From Eledone cirrhosa (lineage: Eukaryota), in assembly GCA_964016885.1 (NCBI GenBank), contig OZ024756.1, forward strand, positions 10,974,001-11,038,000: a DNA stretch of 64,000 nt, in the 5' to 3' direction. Position 1 is the first letter of the stretch, and every line of letters starts with the position of its first letter. The notes beneath the pieces are model-generated. The model did no database searches and had not been told where the DNA came from. It worked only from the letters and a program-made list of their open reading frames with translations. Both the position numbers and the translations under genes were made by a program. Below are positions 13,096 through 25,852 of the stretch, in pieces.

Positions 13096-13155
13096 TTTCA
13101 TTCTGAGGATTGAAAGCAAAATTGAAAGCTTTTAAGAAACCACTGGTAAATGGAA
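13096..13155 (+). ncRNA. Minimal type I hammerhead ribozyme (copy 1)
   Basis: Stem I UUUCAUU/AAUGGAA; core CUGAGGA (13103-13109); stem II UUGAAAGC/GCUUUUAA; GAAA; short stem III ACC-ACU-GGU; GUA cleavage triplet ending at 13148. Confidence 0.8.
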
Positions 13156-13371
13156 TAATTGCCTTATGTTGTTTATTACATAATAATAATTAAGCTCTGT
13201 TGCTTACATAGAGCACTCTTTTTTCCTGGACTTTTCCGACGGAATTACTTCATTTATACAGCTCCAACCGGGATTGACTGTAGCATATTCGATATTACAT
13301 ATATGATTGGCACTTTCCAGCCCGATTAGTTGAGCACTCTACAGTTTTCAGGAATTTAACCAACATACACC

Positions 13372-15507
13372 ATGGACCTTTATGATTTGGATTATTCAAT
13401 CAAAAGTATACCCACTCCTTCCAACATAACTTACACCAAAATCCTCATAGACAAAATCGAACAAGTCGTTAAAAGAATGAGATGGAAGGCAATGGTTTAC
13501 GACGGACTATTCAGGGCTGATACTAAAGATTGTTTTGACATCAAATCTCGTAAATATCCACCTAGAATTAAAGACATGGCCAGCTTCGAATTAGACCTTG
13601 TTAATCTAATTAGTGATATCAAATTTCGTAAGTACAATAATAACTTTCAAACCAAACTTTCTAACGATATTTCTAATTTTAGAAATTCTACAAACACTTT
13701 CGTTCTTTCTGATAAAACTAAAAACCTCTTTGAAGTTAATAGTACTTTGTATAACCAACTTTTAACTAATAGTATTACCAATGAATATCAATTAACTAAT
13801 AATAATACCTACAATACTATCAATAAAGAAGCTAAAGAACTAGCTAGTTCTTTACAAATAGACAACCAGATTGAAAGCTAAGCTAAGCGTAAAGCATATA
13901 TTACCCTTAAAGACCATAAATTGGACTTTACTAATCGACCTAGTTGTAGATTGATTAACCCGGCTAAATCCGAGGTTGGCCTTGTAAGTAAGAATATCTT
14001 AAGAAAAATAATTCTCCAAATCAGAACTAACACTGACCTTTCACAGTGGCTAAATACTTCCTCTGTTATTTCTTGGTTCAATAATATACAAGGTAAAAAT
14101 AAGTGTAGATTTACCCAGTTTGATATTGTCGATTTTTACCCTTCTATTACTGTTTCCTTATTAACTAAAGCCTTAGATTTTGCAAGACCCTCCATTAATA
14201 TTTCTAAATTAGAAGAAGACATTATCCTCCATGCTAGAAAAACTTTACTTTTTACTAATGATAATATTTGGGTTAAAAAGTCAAACCCTGAAAACTCTTT
14301 TGATGTCACAATGGGTTCTTATGACAGTGCGGATGTGTGCGACTTAGTTGGATTGTTCCTTCTCCACACCCTCAAAGAGAAATTTCCGTCCCATAATATC
14401 GGTTTATACCGTGATGACGGATTAGCAGTTTCTCATACCACCAACGGCCATGACCTTGATAAATTCCGTAAAGATTTAATCAATACTTTTGCTAATCTTA
14501 ACCTTAAAATTACTATAGATACGAACCTTACTAATGCTAACTTTCTTGATATTAATCTTGATTTACTTACTGCCTCCTTTAAACCCTATCATAAACCTAA
14601 CGAAAATCTTAGGTATATACACAGAGTCTTGCCATCCCCCTATAGTTTTTAATAATCTTATTCCTAACATTAGCCGTAGGATTTCTACCTTATCTTCGTC
14701 TAAAGACATTTTTAATAAAGCCGCCCCTTATTATAATAAAGCCCTTAAGAACAGCGGTTTTACAGAAAAAATTTCTTATTTACCTACTCCCCCCCCCCCC
14801 CTAAAACTAACCACAATAACAGGAAAAGGAAGATTATTTGGTTCACACACCCCTTCTCTCTAACTGTCAAAACTAATGTAGGAAGGAAATTCCTTGAACT
14901 ATTAGACAAACATTTTCCTCCTAATCATAGATATTATAAGATATTTAATAGGAACGTAGTCAAGATCAGCTACTCTTGTTGCCCATCTATGAAGTCCAAA
15001 ATCACCAGCTCAAACCGGACGAGAATAAATCCAGGATGCAGTTGCAGGAAGCCGGACGAATGCCCATTGCAGGGTAGATGTAACACTAAATCTGTCGTTT
15101 ATGAGGCTACGATAACACCAGTAATCAACAACCAGCCAGCCAGGAGTGAGCGATATGTCGGTATGACCCAGGACAGGTTTAAAACCAGATTTTACTCACA
15201 TGTCGCTTCTTTTAAGCACTCCGATAAACGAACATCAACGGCCCTCGCAAGTAAAGTGTGGGAACTCAAGGATAGTAACATCCCGTACTCTATTGATTGG
15301 TCTATATTAGACCATTCGAGGGAGTACCAAAGGGGCACTAAGAATTGTTCTTTGTGTACCACAGAAAAGTATAGGATTTTGCTAAACTTGAGAGACACTT
15401 CCGCTTGCCTTAATTCAAAGACTGAGATCTTCAGATGCTGTTCTCATCTGAGACCGCACCTGATCTGTAACTGGATTGACACTCCTATGAGAAATCAACC
15501 ACCTTGA
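13372..15507 (+). pseudogene. Penelope-like RT + GIY-YIG endonuclease ORF, disrupted
   Basis: Motifs in order: MRWKA, SDKTKNLF, CRLINPAKSE, QFDIVDFYPSI, DVTMGSYDSADVCDLVG, LYRDDGL, NFLDINLDL; linker CSCRKPDECPLQGRC; VVY...YVGMT...FKTRFYSH; CSLCTTEK...LNSKTE...CSH. One stop at ~13880 and frameshifts at ~14630 and ~14800 (poly-C). Confidence 0.93.
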
Positions 15508-15722
15508 ACTCCTCTCCCGCTCTTTACTTCTGCTACGGTTTTTATTTTACTGTTCCTACGTCCTGTACTCTTGTATATTTACATTTATTATATATTTTTT
15601 TCTCCCTTACCTCCCCTTATATTTTACCTTCTCCTATGCGCCCCCCCCCCCCACATATATTCTTTTTGCCTTGCCCTCCACATACCTATGTGTATGTGTA
15701 TGTATATTTGTGTGTATATGTG

Positions 15723-15762
<40 letters not shown>

Positions 15763-15889
15763 TATATGTGTGTATGTGTATGTATATATGTTTATACGTA
15801 TGTGTGTGTGTGCCTGTGTGTATGTATTTATATATGTATGTATTTGTGTGTGTGTGTATATATGTGTATGTGTGGATAAGCCAGGTTTC

Positions 15890-15950
15890 TCTCATCCTGA
15901 AGATTGTATGAAAAATTTTTTTGCTTTTAAGAAACCCTTGGTAAATGGAA
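15890..15950 (+). ncRNA. Minimal hammerhead ribozyme (copy 2, diverged)
   Basis: CUGAAGA ... GCUUUUAA GAAA CC-CUU-GG UA AAUGGAA; stem II partly mismatched. Confidence 0.6.
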
Positions 15951-16124
15951 TAATTGCCTAATGTTGCTTTAATACTTTACTACTATATATACGTATATGT
16001 AAGGCCCTTATGATTTATCTAAGATTGAGTTTTACATACACACGCGCATATACGTGTGTGTATGCGTATGCATGTGTGTGTGCGTGGTTGTGTATGTGTG
16101 TATATGTGTATATGCATGTATATG

Positions 16125-16155
<31 letters not shown>

Positions 16156-16931
16156 ATATGTGTGTGTGTACATATGTGCGTGTGTATATATTGATAATTG
16201 TATGTGTGTGTGTGTATATATGTGTGTGTGTGTTTGTGTTCTGTTGTGCGTGTTTATGATATATACGTATTTGTATGTGTATAATTGTTTAGCTATGTAT
16301 GTATATGTGTGTGTATGTGTACGTGTATATATATATGTGTGTGTGTACGTTTGTATTTTTGTATATATATGTGTGTATATGTATGCATATATATATGTGT
16401 GTGTGCATATAGTTGTATACACGTGTGTGTGTATAGATTGTATACTTGTGCGTGGTTATGCATGTATGCGTATGTATGCGTGTGTGTGTGTGTGTGTGTG
16501 TGTGCGTGTATGTATGAATGTTTGTATATGTTTGTTTTTAGAGGAACAAAGGCAGACAGATTTCTGTATTCAGATTAGAGCCAATCCTTATCATTAGGTT
16601 TCTCTTTAGCTTACAGGTGTCTGTAAGATCAGTATGGGGTCAGTCATGGTAGATAGATTTGGAGGAAGGGGAGATTCCTTAAAAGCTAAATTCTTAAAGG
16701 TTCTAGTAAATTGACGAAGGTTTAGGGAATTCTGTAGACAATTTCTAAGTATAATCTATACAACTGTAGCCATAAATTCACGAGACACTTTCAACAGAAC
16801 ATACCCACTCATACACTCGCGCGCACCCATGGGCACGCGTACGCATGCGCGTATGCGCGCATGCACGCACACACATGTGTATGGGGGAAATATATTTATA
16901 TTTGTATACGCGTGCGTGCGTGCGCGCATGC

Positions 16932-17000
<69 letters not shown>

Positions 17001-17291
17001 TATACATATACAGATTCTCATCTATATTAAAACTTTCATGCTCTGCGGTGTACTGAGTGCCTTGCTTACTGTGGCTGCCTCCGATTCAACCCGGAATAAC
17101 GTGTGTGTGTATGCGTGTGTGTGTACGTGTGTGTGTGTGTGTGTGCTTTTATGTTTTTTCGTGTATGTGTGGTTGTATGTGTAGTCTTATTTTATTTTAT
17201 TTTTCCTTTTCTCCTTCCTTCTCCAGCCTCACTTTCATATAGCTTGCTTTTTTGTTTTTAAGATCCAAATTCAATAAACAAACCAGGATTT

Positions 17292-17351
17292 TTTCATTCT
17301 GAGGATTGAAAGCAAAACCTTTTGCTTTTAAGAAACCACTGGTAAATGGAA
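17292..17351 (+). ncRNA. Minimal type I hammerhead ribozyme (copy 3)
   Basis: UUUCAUU CUGAGGA UUGAAAGCAAAA-CC-UUUUGCUUUUAA GAAA CC-ACU-GG UA AAUGGAA; long, fully complementary stem II. Confidence 0.82.
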
Positions 17352-17790
17352 TAATTGCCTTATGTTGTTTATTACATAATAATATATATATATATATATA
17401 GTATTAAGGATACTATTTATGGTTATGTATATACTAAAACCTTTTATAGTTATATATATTTTAAACCCTAAATAGTGAAAGACAGTAATTTATTACTACC
17501 TTATTACTAGTAAGATAAATAGCTCAATGTAACAACATCAGTTGTTTTACAGAGCAGTTATATAGAAATTACATGAATCAAAGTTCTTTACATGCTATAT
17601 TATTATAATGGATGTCAACCCACTGTGCGTCAATATATACATATGTTTCTATATGTCTCTTGTGTTGGAAAGGAGGTCAAGTATGTAAAAAATCACTGAA
17701 TAATTGCTCCGAAGACTCCAAACCTCGGTTTGGAAGAAACAATTGTAAGCAAATAAATGATTTAAACAGAACTTTGATTCATGTAATTTC

Positions 17791-17871
<81 letters not shown>

Positions 17872-17896
17872 ACACACATTTATATAGACATACACA

Positions 17897-17959
<63 letters not shown>

Positions 17960-17992
17960 GTATATATATATATATATATATAGTATATACAT

Positions 17993-18402
17993 ATGCAGTG
18001 GGAATTCCTGAAAGCTAATCTGCTGAAGGCGGCAGATGAAGTTTGTGGCTGGAGCAGGCCTATAGGCAGGAGGAGAGTAACGTGGTGGTGGAACAGTAAG
18101 GTGGAGGAGTCAATTAAAGCCAAAAAGCAGGCTTGGAAAGTATGGCGGGATGGGGGAAGTAGAGAAGACTATCAAGTGGCCAGGAGGGAAGCTAGGAGAC
18201 AAGTGTACTTCACAAGAAGGGAAGCAGAGGAAAGAAAGTTCAAGCATGTTCTACAACGCGAAGACCAAAAATGTGAGGTGTTCAGGATTGCTAGGCAATG
18301 TTTCAAGGAAAACCGTGATATTGTCGGGGAGAAGTGTGTCCTTAATGATGATGGTGTACTTGCCATCACTGACGCTGATAAGAAGGTAGCTTGGAAGTGT
18401 CA
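17993..18402 (+). pseudogene. RTE LINE ORF fragment (EN-RT linker)
   Basis: [17 protein letters not shown]...[20 protein letters not shown]; homologous to the 56392..57384 minus-strand ORF. Confidence 0.85.
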
Positions 18403-18403
18403 C

Positions 18404-18982
18404 TTCGAAATATTAATAATAATATTCGATTCGTTTGCAATTATGCAAACAAGCCTCAATTTTATAGCCATGTCAGTAGAATGAACACTCATTCTTGCTC
18501 TTGTGTTGGCATGCGAACAGAACTGCAGACTCTAATGTTTCTGGGTATCACCCTTCATCAGTACAGTTCACTGTTCACCTGCCAAACTGTCAGAGCTAGT
18601 GAAAACATATGCTATTTTCTAAAATATACAGTGACTGATCGGCCTGATTTGCATATTAGCGGACTGGCTGCTCAGTCAGATCTGCATATTAGCAGATCTA
18701 CTGACATGGCTATAAAATTGAGGCTGGTTTGCATAATTGCAAACGAATTGAACGTTATTATTAATATTTGAAAAACTCAGATTACATTTATTGTATTCAG
18801 CCATGTAGAGCGAAATTTTCTTTTTTATTTGAATTTGGCAAAGCCGGCCATTGATCGCTCGTATATAGGAAACTGACTGGCCAGTCTGCCGATATGCAAA
18901 TCTGGCTGATCAGTGGATCTGCTAATATGCAGATCTGATTGATCAGCCAGTCTGCTAACATGCAAATCAGGCCGATCAGTCA
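18404..18982. repeat. Interleaved inverted-repeat (MITE/foldback-like) segment
   Basis: ~75-bp IR at 18404-18480 / 18697-18772 and a second ~70-bp IR at 18632-18705 / 18910-18982. Confidence 0.75.
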
Positions 18983-19140
18983 TGTAGGCACCACAGAAAT
19001 AAAAAGCACCCAGCACTCACTGTGAATGAGGTTGGTGTTAGGAAGGGCATCCAGCTGTAAAAATCAAGCCAGAATCAGTGTCCGTCCCACCCTTGCAAGG
19101 AGGGAAAAGCGGACGTAAAATGATGATGATGATGATGATA
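18983..19140 (+). mobile_element. SINE family A, 3' part
   Basis: V-like domain and GGACGTAAAA(TGA)n tail. Confidence 0.8.
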
Positions 19141-19260
19141 TATATATGTATGTATATATAATTGTTATATATGGGAATGGTCATGTTGCCAATATTGCCA
19201 AAAGAAACACGCACCTTATAACTTTCACTTTATATATATGTGTGTGTGTGTATATATATA

Positions 19261-19832
19261 CAGGGTACGGACGATATTTGTTCGCAAGATTACTGTCTAG
19301 GAAAAAATAACACAGTAGTTTTATTTTTTAAGATATATTTATCAAACTTGGGTCAGTTTCTCTTCATGACTTGTTCTTTCGATCTCACTCAATAAACCCG
19401 CCATTGGCTTTGATGACGGCCTCAAGGTGGCCTCGGAACTGGCTACAGGCCTTTGTCACTGTCCCCCAACTTAGGCCCCTAAAGGCACTTGTGATCCTGG
19501 CCTTCAGATCGTCTTTCGTATTGCAGCTAGATCGGTTGGTGTCTCGTTCCACTGCGCCCCAGACAAAGAAGTCGAGGGGTTGCAATCAGGCGAGCTGGGG
19601 GGCCAGATGTCAGGTGAAGCGTGGTCGACGAAGTTCTCTGACAGCCAGGCTTGGGTCTTTCAGCTGGTATGGCAGGGCGCCGAGTCTTGCTGCCACACGT
19701 ACGGCCTACCTGCAGCTACCTGGTCGATCCAGGGCTTTACAACCTCGCTCAGAACGTGGATGTAGCCATCGGTGTTCAGCTTGAGGGCCTCAGGGGAGAA
19801 GTGAGGTGGCATGGCGTCACCTTGACTGCTGA
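19261..19832 (-). mobile_element. Tc1/mariner-superfamily DD37D (maT-type) transposon, 3' remnant
   Basis: TA|CAGGGT terminus at 19261. Minus strand reads YVWQQDSAPCHTS*KTQAWL...WPPSSPDCNP/LDFFVWG, giving 37 residues between the 2nd and 3rd Asp after correcting one stop and one frameshift. Confidence 0.85.
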
Positions 19833-22800
19833 CAGTGGAGACTTCTGGTGTCCTTGGCCCGAGGACCACCTCCCTACACACCACCACCACCACCCTATAC
19901 AGTGGAGACTTCTGGTGTCCTTGGCCCTAGGACCACCTCCCTACACACCACCACCACCACCCTATACAGTGGAGACTTCTGGTGTCCTTGGCCCTAGGAC
20001 CACCTCCCTACACACCACCACCACCACCCTATACAGTGGAGACTTCTGGTGTCCTTGGCCCGAGGACCACCTCCCTACACACCACCACCACCACCCTATA
20101 CAGTGGAGACTTCTGGTGTCCTTGGCCCGAGGACCACCTCCCTACACACCACCACCACCACCCTATACAGTGGAGACTTCTGGTGTCCTTGGCCCGAGGA
20201 CCACCTCCCTACACACCACCACCACCACCCTATACAGTGGAGACTTCTGGTGTCCTTGGCCCGAGGACCACCTCCCTACACACCACCACCACCACCCTAT
20301 ACAGTGGAGACTTCTGGTGTCCTTGGCCCTAGGACCACCTCCCTACACACCACCACCACCACCCTATACAGTGGAGACTTCTGGTGTCCTTGGCCCGAGG
20401 ACCACCTCCCTACACACCACCACCACCACCCTATACAGTGGAGACTTTTGGTGTCCTTGGCCCTAGGACCACCTCCCTACACACCACCACCACCACCCTA
20501 TACAGTGGAGACTTCTGGTGTCCTTGGCCCGAGGACCACCTCCCTACACACCACCACCACCACCACCCTATACAGTGGAGACTTCTGGTGTCCTTGGCCC
20601 TAGGACCACCTCCCTACACACCACCACCACCACCCTATACAGTGGAGACTTCTGGTGTCCTTGGCCCTAGGACCACCTCCCTACACACCACCACCACCAC
20701 CCTATACAGTGGAGACTTCTGGTGTTTTTGGCCCGAGGACCACCTCCCTACACACCACCACCACCACCCTATACAGTGGAGACTTCTGGTGTCCTTGGCC
20801 CGAGGACCACCTCCCTACACACCACCACCACCACCACCCTATACAGTGGAGACTTCTGGTGTCCTTGGCCCTAGGACCACCTCCCTACACACCACCACCA
20901 CCACCCTATACAGTGGAGACTTCTGGTGTCCTTGGCCCGAGGACCACCTCCCTACACACCACCACCACCACCACCCTATACAGTGGAGACTTCTGGTGTC
21001 CTTGGCCCTAGGACCACCTCCCTACACACCACCACCACCACCACCCTATACAGTGGAGACTTCTGGTGTCCTTGGCCCTAGGACCACCTCCCTACACACC
21101 ACCACCACCACCACCCTATACAGTGGAGACTTCTGGTGTCCTTGGCCCTAGGACCACCTCCCTACACACCACCACCACCACCACCCAATACAGTGGAGAC
21201 TTCTGGTGTCCTTGGCCCGAGGACCACCTCCCTACACACCACCACCACCACCCTATACAGTGGAGACTTCTGGTGTCCTTGGCCCGAGGACCACCTCCCT
21301 ACACACCACCACCACCACCACCCTATACAGTGGAGACTTCTGGTGTCCTTGGCCCTAGGACCACCTCCCTACACACCACCACCACCACCCTATACAGTGG
21401 AGACTTCTGGTGTCCTTGGCCCTAGGACCACCTCCCTACACACCACCACCACCACCCTATACAGTGGAGACTTCTGGTGTCCTTGGCCCTAGGACCACCT
21501 CCCTACACACCACCACCACCACCCTATACAGTGGAGACTTCTGGTGTCCTTGGCCCTAGGACCACCTCCCTACACACCACCACCACCACCCTATACAGTG
21601 GAGACTTCTGGTGTCCTTGGCCCTAGGACCACCTCCCTACACACCACCACCACCACCCTATACAGTGGAGACTTCTGGTGTCCTTGGCCCTAGGACCACC
21701 TCCCTACACACCACCACCACCACCCTATACAGTGGAGACTTCTGGTGTCCTTGGCCCGAGGACCACCTCCCTACACACCACCACCACCACCCTATACAGT
21801 GGAGACTTCTGGTGTCCTTGGCCCGAGGACCACCTCCCTACACACCACCACCACCACCCTATACAGTGGAGACTTCTGGTGTCCTTGGCCCGAGGACCAC
21901 CTCCCTACACACCACCACCACCACCACCCTATACAGTGGAGACTTCTGGTGTCCTTGGCCCTAGGACCACCTCCCTACACACCACCACCACCCTATACAG
22001 TGGAGACTTCTGGTGTCCTTGGCCCGAGGACCACCTCCCTACACACCACCACCACCACCACCCTATACAGTGGAGACTTCTGGTGTCCTTGGCCCTAGGA
22101 CCACCTCCCTACACACCACCACCACCCTATACAGTGGAGACTTCTGGTGTCCTTGGCCCGAGGACCACCTCCCTACACACCACCACCACCACCACCCTAT
22201 ACAGTGGAGACTTCTGGTGTCCTTGGCCCGAGGACCACCTCCCTACACACCACCACCACCACCCTATACAGTGGAGACTTCTGGTGTCCTTGGCCCTAGG
22301 ACCACCTCCCTACACACCACCACCACCACCACCCTATACAGTGGAGACTTCTGGTGTCCTTGGCCCGAGGACCACCTCCCTACACACCACCACCACCACC
22401 CTATACAGTGGAGACTTCTGGTGTCCTTGGCCCTAGGACCACCTCCCTACACACCACCACCACCACCCTATACAGTGGAGACTTCTGGTGTCCTTGGCCC
22501 GAGGACCACCTCCCTACACACCACCACCACCACCCTATACAGTGGAGACTTCTGGTGTCCTTGGCCCTAGGACCACCTCCCTACACACCACCACCACCAC
22601 CACCCTATACAGTGGAGACTTCTGGTGTCCTTGGCCCGAGGACCACCTCCCTACACACCACCACCACCACCACCCTATACAGTGGAGACTTCTGGTGTCC
22701 TTGGCCCGAGGACCACCTCCCTACACACCACCACCACCACCCTATACAGTGGAGACTTCTGGTGTCCTTGGCCCTAGGACCACCTCCCTACACACCACCA

Positions 22801-23698
22801 CCACCACCACCCTATACAGTGGAGACTTCTGGTGTCCTTGGCCCGAGGACCACCTCCCTACACACCACCACCACCACCCTATACAGTGGAGACTTCTGGT
22901 GTCCTTGGCCCTAGGACCACCTCCCTACACACCACCACCACCACCCTATACAGTGGAGACTTCTGGTGTCCTTGGCCCGAGGACCACCTCCCTACACACC
23001 ACCACCACCACCCTATACAGTGGAGACTTCTGGTGTCCTTGGCCCTAGGACCACCTCCCTACACACCACCACCACCACCACCCTATACAGTGGAGACTTC
23101 TGGTGTCCTTGGCCCTAGGACCACCTCCCTACACACCACCACCACCACCACCCTATACAGTGGAGACTTCTGGTGTCCTTGGCCCGAGGACCACCTCCCT
23201 ACACACCACCACCACCACCCTATACAGTGGAGACTTCTGGTGTCCTTGGCCCTAGGACCACCTCCCTACACACCACCACCACCACCACCCTATACAGTGG
23301 AGACTTCTGGTGTCCTTGGCCCTAGGACCACCTCCCTACACACCACCACCACCACCACCCTATACAGTGGAGACTTCTGGTGTCCTTGGCCCTAGGACCA
23401 CCTCCCTACACACCACCACCACCACCCTATACAGTGGAGACTTCTGGTGTCCTTGGCCCTAGGACCACTTCCCTACACACCACCACCACCACCCTATACA
23501 GTGGAGACTTCTGGTGTCCTTGGCCCGAGGACCACCTCCCTACACACCACCACCACCACCACCCTATACAGTGGAGACTTCTGGTGTCTTTGGCCCTAGG
23601 ACCACCTCCCTACACACCAGTGGAGACTTCTGGTGTCCTTGGCCCTAGCACTACCTCCCTACACACCACCACCACCCCACACCAGTGGAGACTTCTGG
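19833..23698. repeat. 67-bp (64-70) satellite, ~57 units, derived from CRE-like RLE coding sequence
   Basis: Unit CAGTGGAGACTTCTGGTGTCCTTGGCCCKAGGACCACCTCCCTACA(CAC)nCCTATA; length varies with the number of CAC triplets. Confidence 0.95.
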
Positions 23699-23799
23699 TC
23701 AAAGGTTGAGTGATTTTACGAAGACGTAATGAAAGTGCACCAGAACCGTTTAAGTTTAAGATTCATTTATTTTGAACTTTTGTGTTTCTATCTAAACTA

Positions 23800-23993
23800 T
23801 AATAATTGTTTCTACTTTTGGAACAAGGCCAGCAATAACCCAGTGTATTACTGGTACTTTATTTTATCGACCCCGTAAGGATGAAAGGCAAAGTTAACCC
23901 CGGCGGGAATTGAACTCAGATCATAAAGGGCCGTAACTCTTTGCTGCAAAGCATGGCGTCTGACCCTCTACCGATACTGCCAATCCACCGCCC
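23800..23993 (-). mobile_element. Nin-domain-like SINE (family B), full length
   Basis: Reverse complement of the family B consensus. Confidence 0.88.
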
Positions 23994-23999
23994 TATATC

Positions 24000-24430
24000 T
24001 AAAATATAATAAAGTAAGGAGTGCGGGACTGTGTACGGTTTATAATTTTTTTTCCCATTAGTAAAATAAGTTGGATTATTTTGAATAAATAATTAATGAA
24101 TATTACATAATTTATCTACTAAATTTTGTGGCTGTTGATTAAATATATTTTGTTTATTTAAAGATTCACTACTTTAAAATTTCTGAAATGTCAACACTTC
24201 CGGTTGGCCATCGCTTGAATAAACATACTAATTTTCTGTCACTAATTTTTTCCTAATGCAGTTTATATATAATATCGTCTTTTTTTAATGTATCATGGAT
24301 TACGTTACTGATTAAATAAGAGTGTAACGCAGTCTTCGTTCAATTTCTGTGTAAATTGTTAATTACGATTTTATTTGATCATATCTACATGGATATATAC
24401 TTGCGTATAATATCAATATACACACAACAC
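24000..24430. repeat. AT-rich dispersed repeat; second copy inverted at ~54230-54762
   Basis: For example AATTTATCTACTAAATTT and AAATGTCAACACTTCCGGTT here correspond to AAATTTAGTAGATAAATT and AACCGGAAGTATTGACATTT at 54.5-54.7 kb. Confidence 0.75.
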
Positions 24431-24729
24431 ATGCTAGCATAGCAGATATATAATATCATCGTCTTTTAATGTATCAGAGATTACTTTATTGATTAAATAA
24501 GACAGTATAACACAGTCTTCATTCAATTTCTGTGTATATTGTCAATTACAATTTTATTTGATGGTTTTTCTGCTAGTGTTTTTAATGAAAGATGCTGACA
24601 TTGATTTTCAGATAATTTTGAAAATAATCAAGAATTTGGAAAGATTTATTAAAATAACTTTCTTATTATTATGCTGCAACATAACTTAACTGATGATGGA
24701 AGGTTAAGAGATGAATATACACAGTTTAA

Positions 24730-24950
24730 CCCTTTAGCATTTAAACCGGCCATATCAGGCCAAAATTCTCTCACCTCTTTCTGTTTAAACCGGCTGTAAC
24801 TGGCCACTCATACTGCTGTTTAGGTGTTGTTCTCAAAATAAATAATATCAAAATTTCATAGATTCGATATTATGTGAGATAATTATGTAAGATAAAGCCT
24901 TTACCACAAAAATACACTAGTATATATAGAGTAATGTAAATGATAAAGGG
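24730..24950. mobile_element. piggyBac-type MITE
   Basis: TTAA|CCCTTTAGCATTTA ... TAAATGATAAAGGG|TTAA, i.e. TTAA TSDs and ~14-bp TIRs. A truncated copy starts at 28058. Confidence 0.85.
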
Positions 24951-25081
24951 TTAATAATCCATTTGTTGCCATATTTCTAATAAAAGACATTGCCTTTGTT
25001 TTTGAAATAATTTTGAATATAATCAAAAATTTAGAGGGATTTAGTAATATAACTAACTTTCTTAGTATTAAACTGATTTTA

Positions 25082-25430
25082 AGGGAGGCGGTTTGGCAGT
25101 ATCGGTAGAGCATCAGACACCATGCTTTGCAGTGTAGAATTATCACCATTTACATTCTGAATTCAAATCCCACCTAGGTTAACTTTGCCTTTCATCCTTA
25201 CGGGTCGATAAAATAAAGTACCAGTAATGCACTGGGGTAATTGCTGGCCTTGTACCTAAAGTAGAAACATTTATTATTAAACTGATTTTAAGAGAGGTCG
25301 ATTGGCAGTATCAATAGGGGTCAGACAACATTCTTTGTGGCATAGAGTTAAAATCCTGCTGAGGTTAACTTTGTTTTTCATCCTTACAGGGTCGATAAAA
25401 TAAAGTACCAGTAATGCATTGGGGGCAATT
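25082..25430 (+). mobile_element. Two tandem Nin-domain-like SINEs (family B)
   Basis: Family B core at ~25180 and ~25365. Confidence 0.8.
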
Positions 25431-25509
25431 AAAATGTCAAATGATAATGATGATGATGATAGTACATGTTTCCAAGTCATCCTCAATTACAAGTGATGGC
25501 CTTGGTTTC

Positions 25510-25852
25510 ATCATCATCATCATCATTCCATTTTACGTCCGCTTTTTCCCTGCTTGCAAGGGTGGGACGGGAACTGATTCTGGCTTGATTTCTACAGCTG
25601 GATGCCCTTCCTAACACCAACCTCATTTACAGTGAGTGCTGGGTGCTTTTTTGCCGTGGCACCTTCACGACCACTTTGCAGTGGAATGATATAGACCCCA
25701 GTCCCTATCATCTCATTTCTACAGCTGAGTAAACTGGAGCAATGTGAAATAAAGTGTCTTGCTCAAGGAAACAACACATCACCCGGTCTGAGAATTGAAC
25801 TCACAACCTTTCGATTGCAAGGCCAATGCTCTAACCACTAAGCCATGTGCCT
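25510..25852 (-). mobile_element. tRNA-derived SINE family A, full length
   Basis: Near-identical to 10235-10607; (CAT)n tail on the plus strand. Confidence 0.9.

Larger units (their letters stand above)
12698..17382 (+). mobile_element. Penelope-like retroelement (Naiad-like), near full length, with pseudo-LTRs
   Basis: RT + GIY-YIG ORF; direct repeat ~12940-13185 vs ~17135-17382; upstream inverted pLTR; hammerhead motifs. Confidence 0.85.

Noticed and set aside
14989-15507. Selenocysteine-encoding Penelope, as known for some Naiads
   Set aside because: The conserved Cys positions I read are TGC/TGT and the only TGA is the terminal stop. The TGA near 63287 in the second element is not at a Cys position and fits CGA>TGA decay.
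19651-23709. Extensin-like or His/Pro-rich ORFs (PPPYTPPPPPY...)
   Set aside because: Translation of a 67-bp satellite whose period is not a multiple of 3, so the same peptide cycles through all frames.
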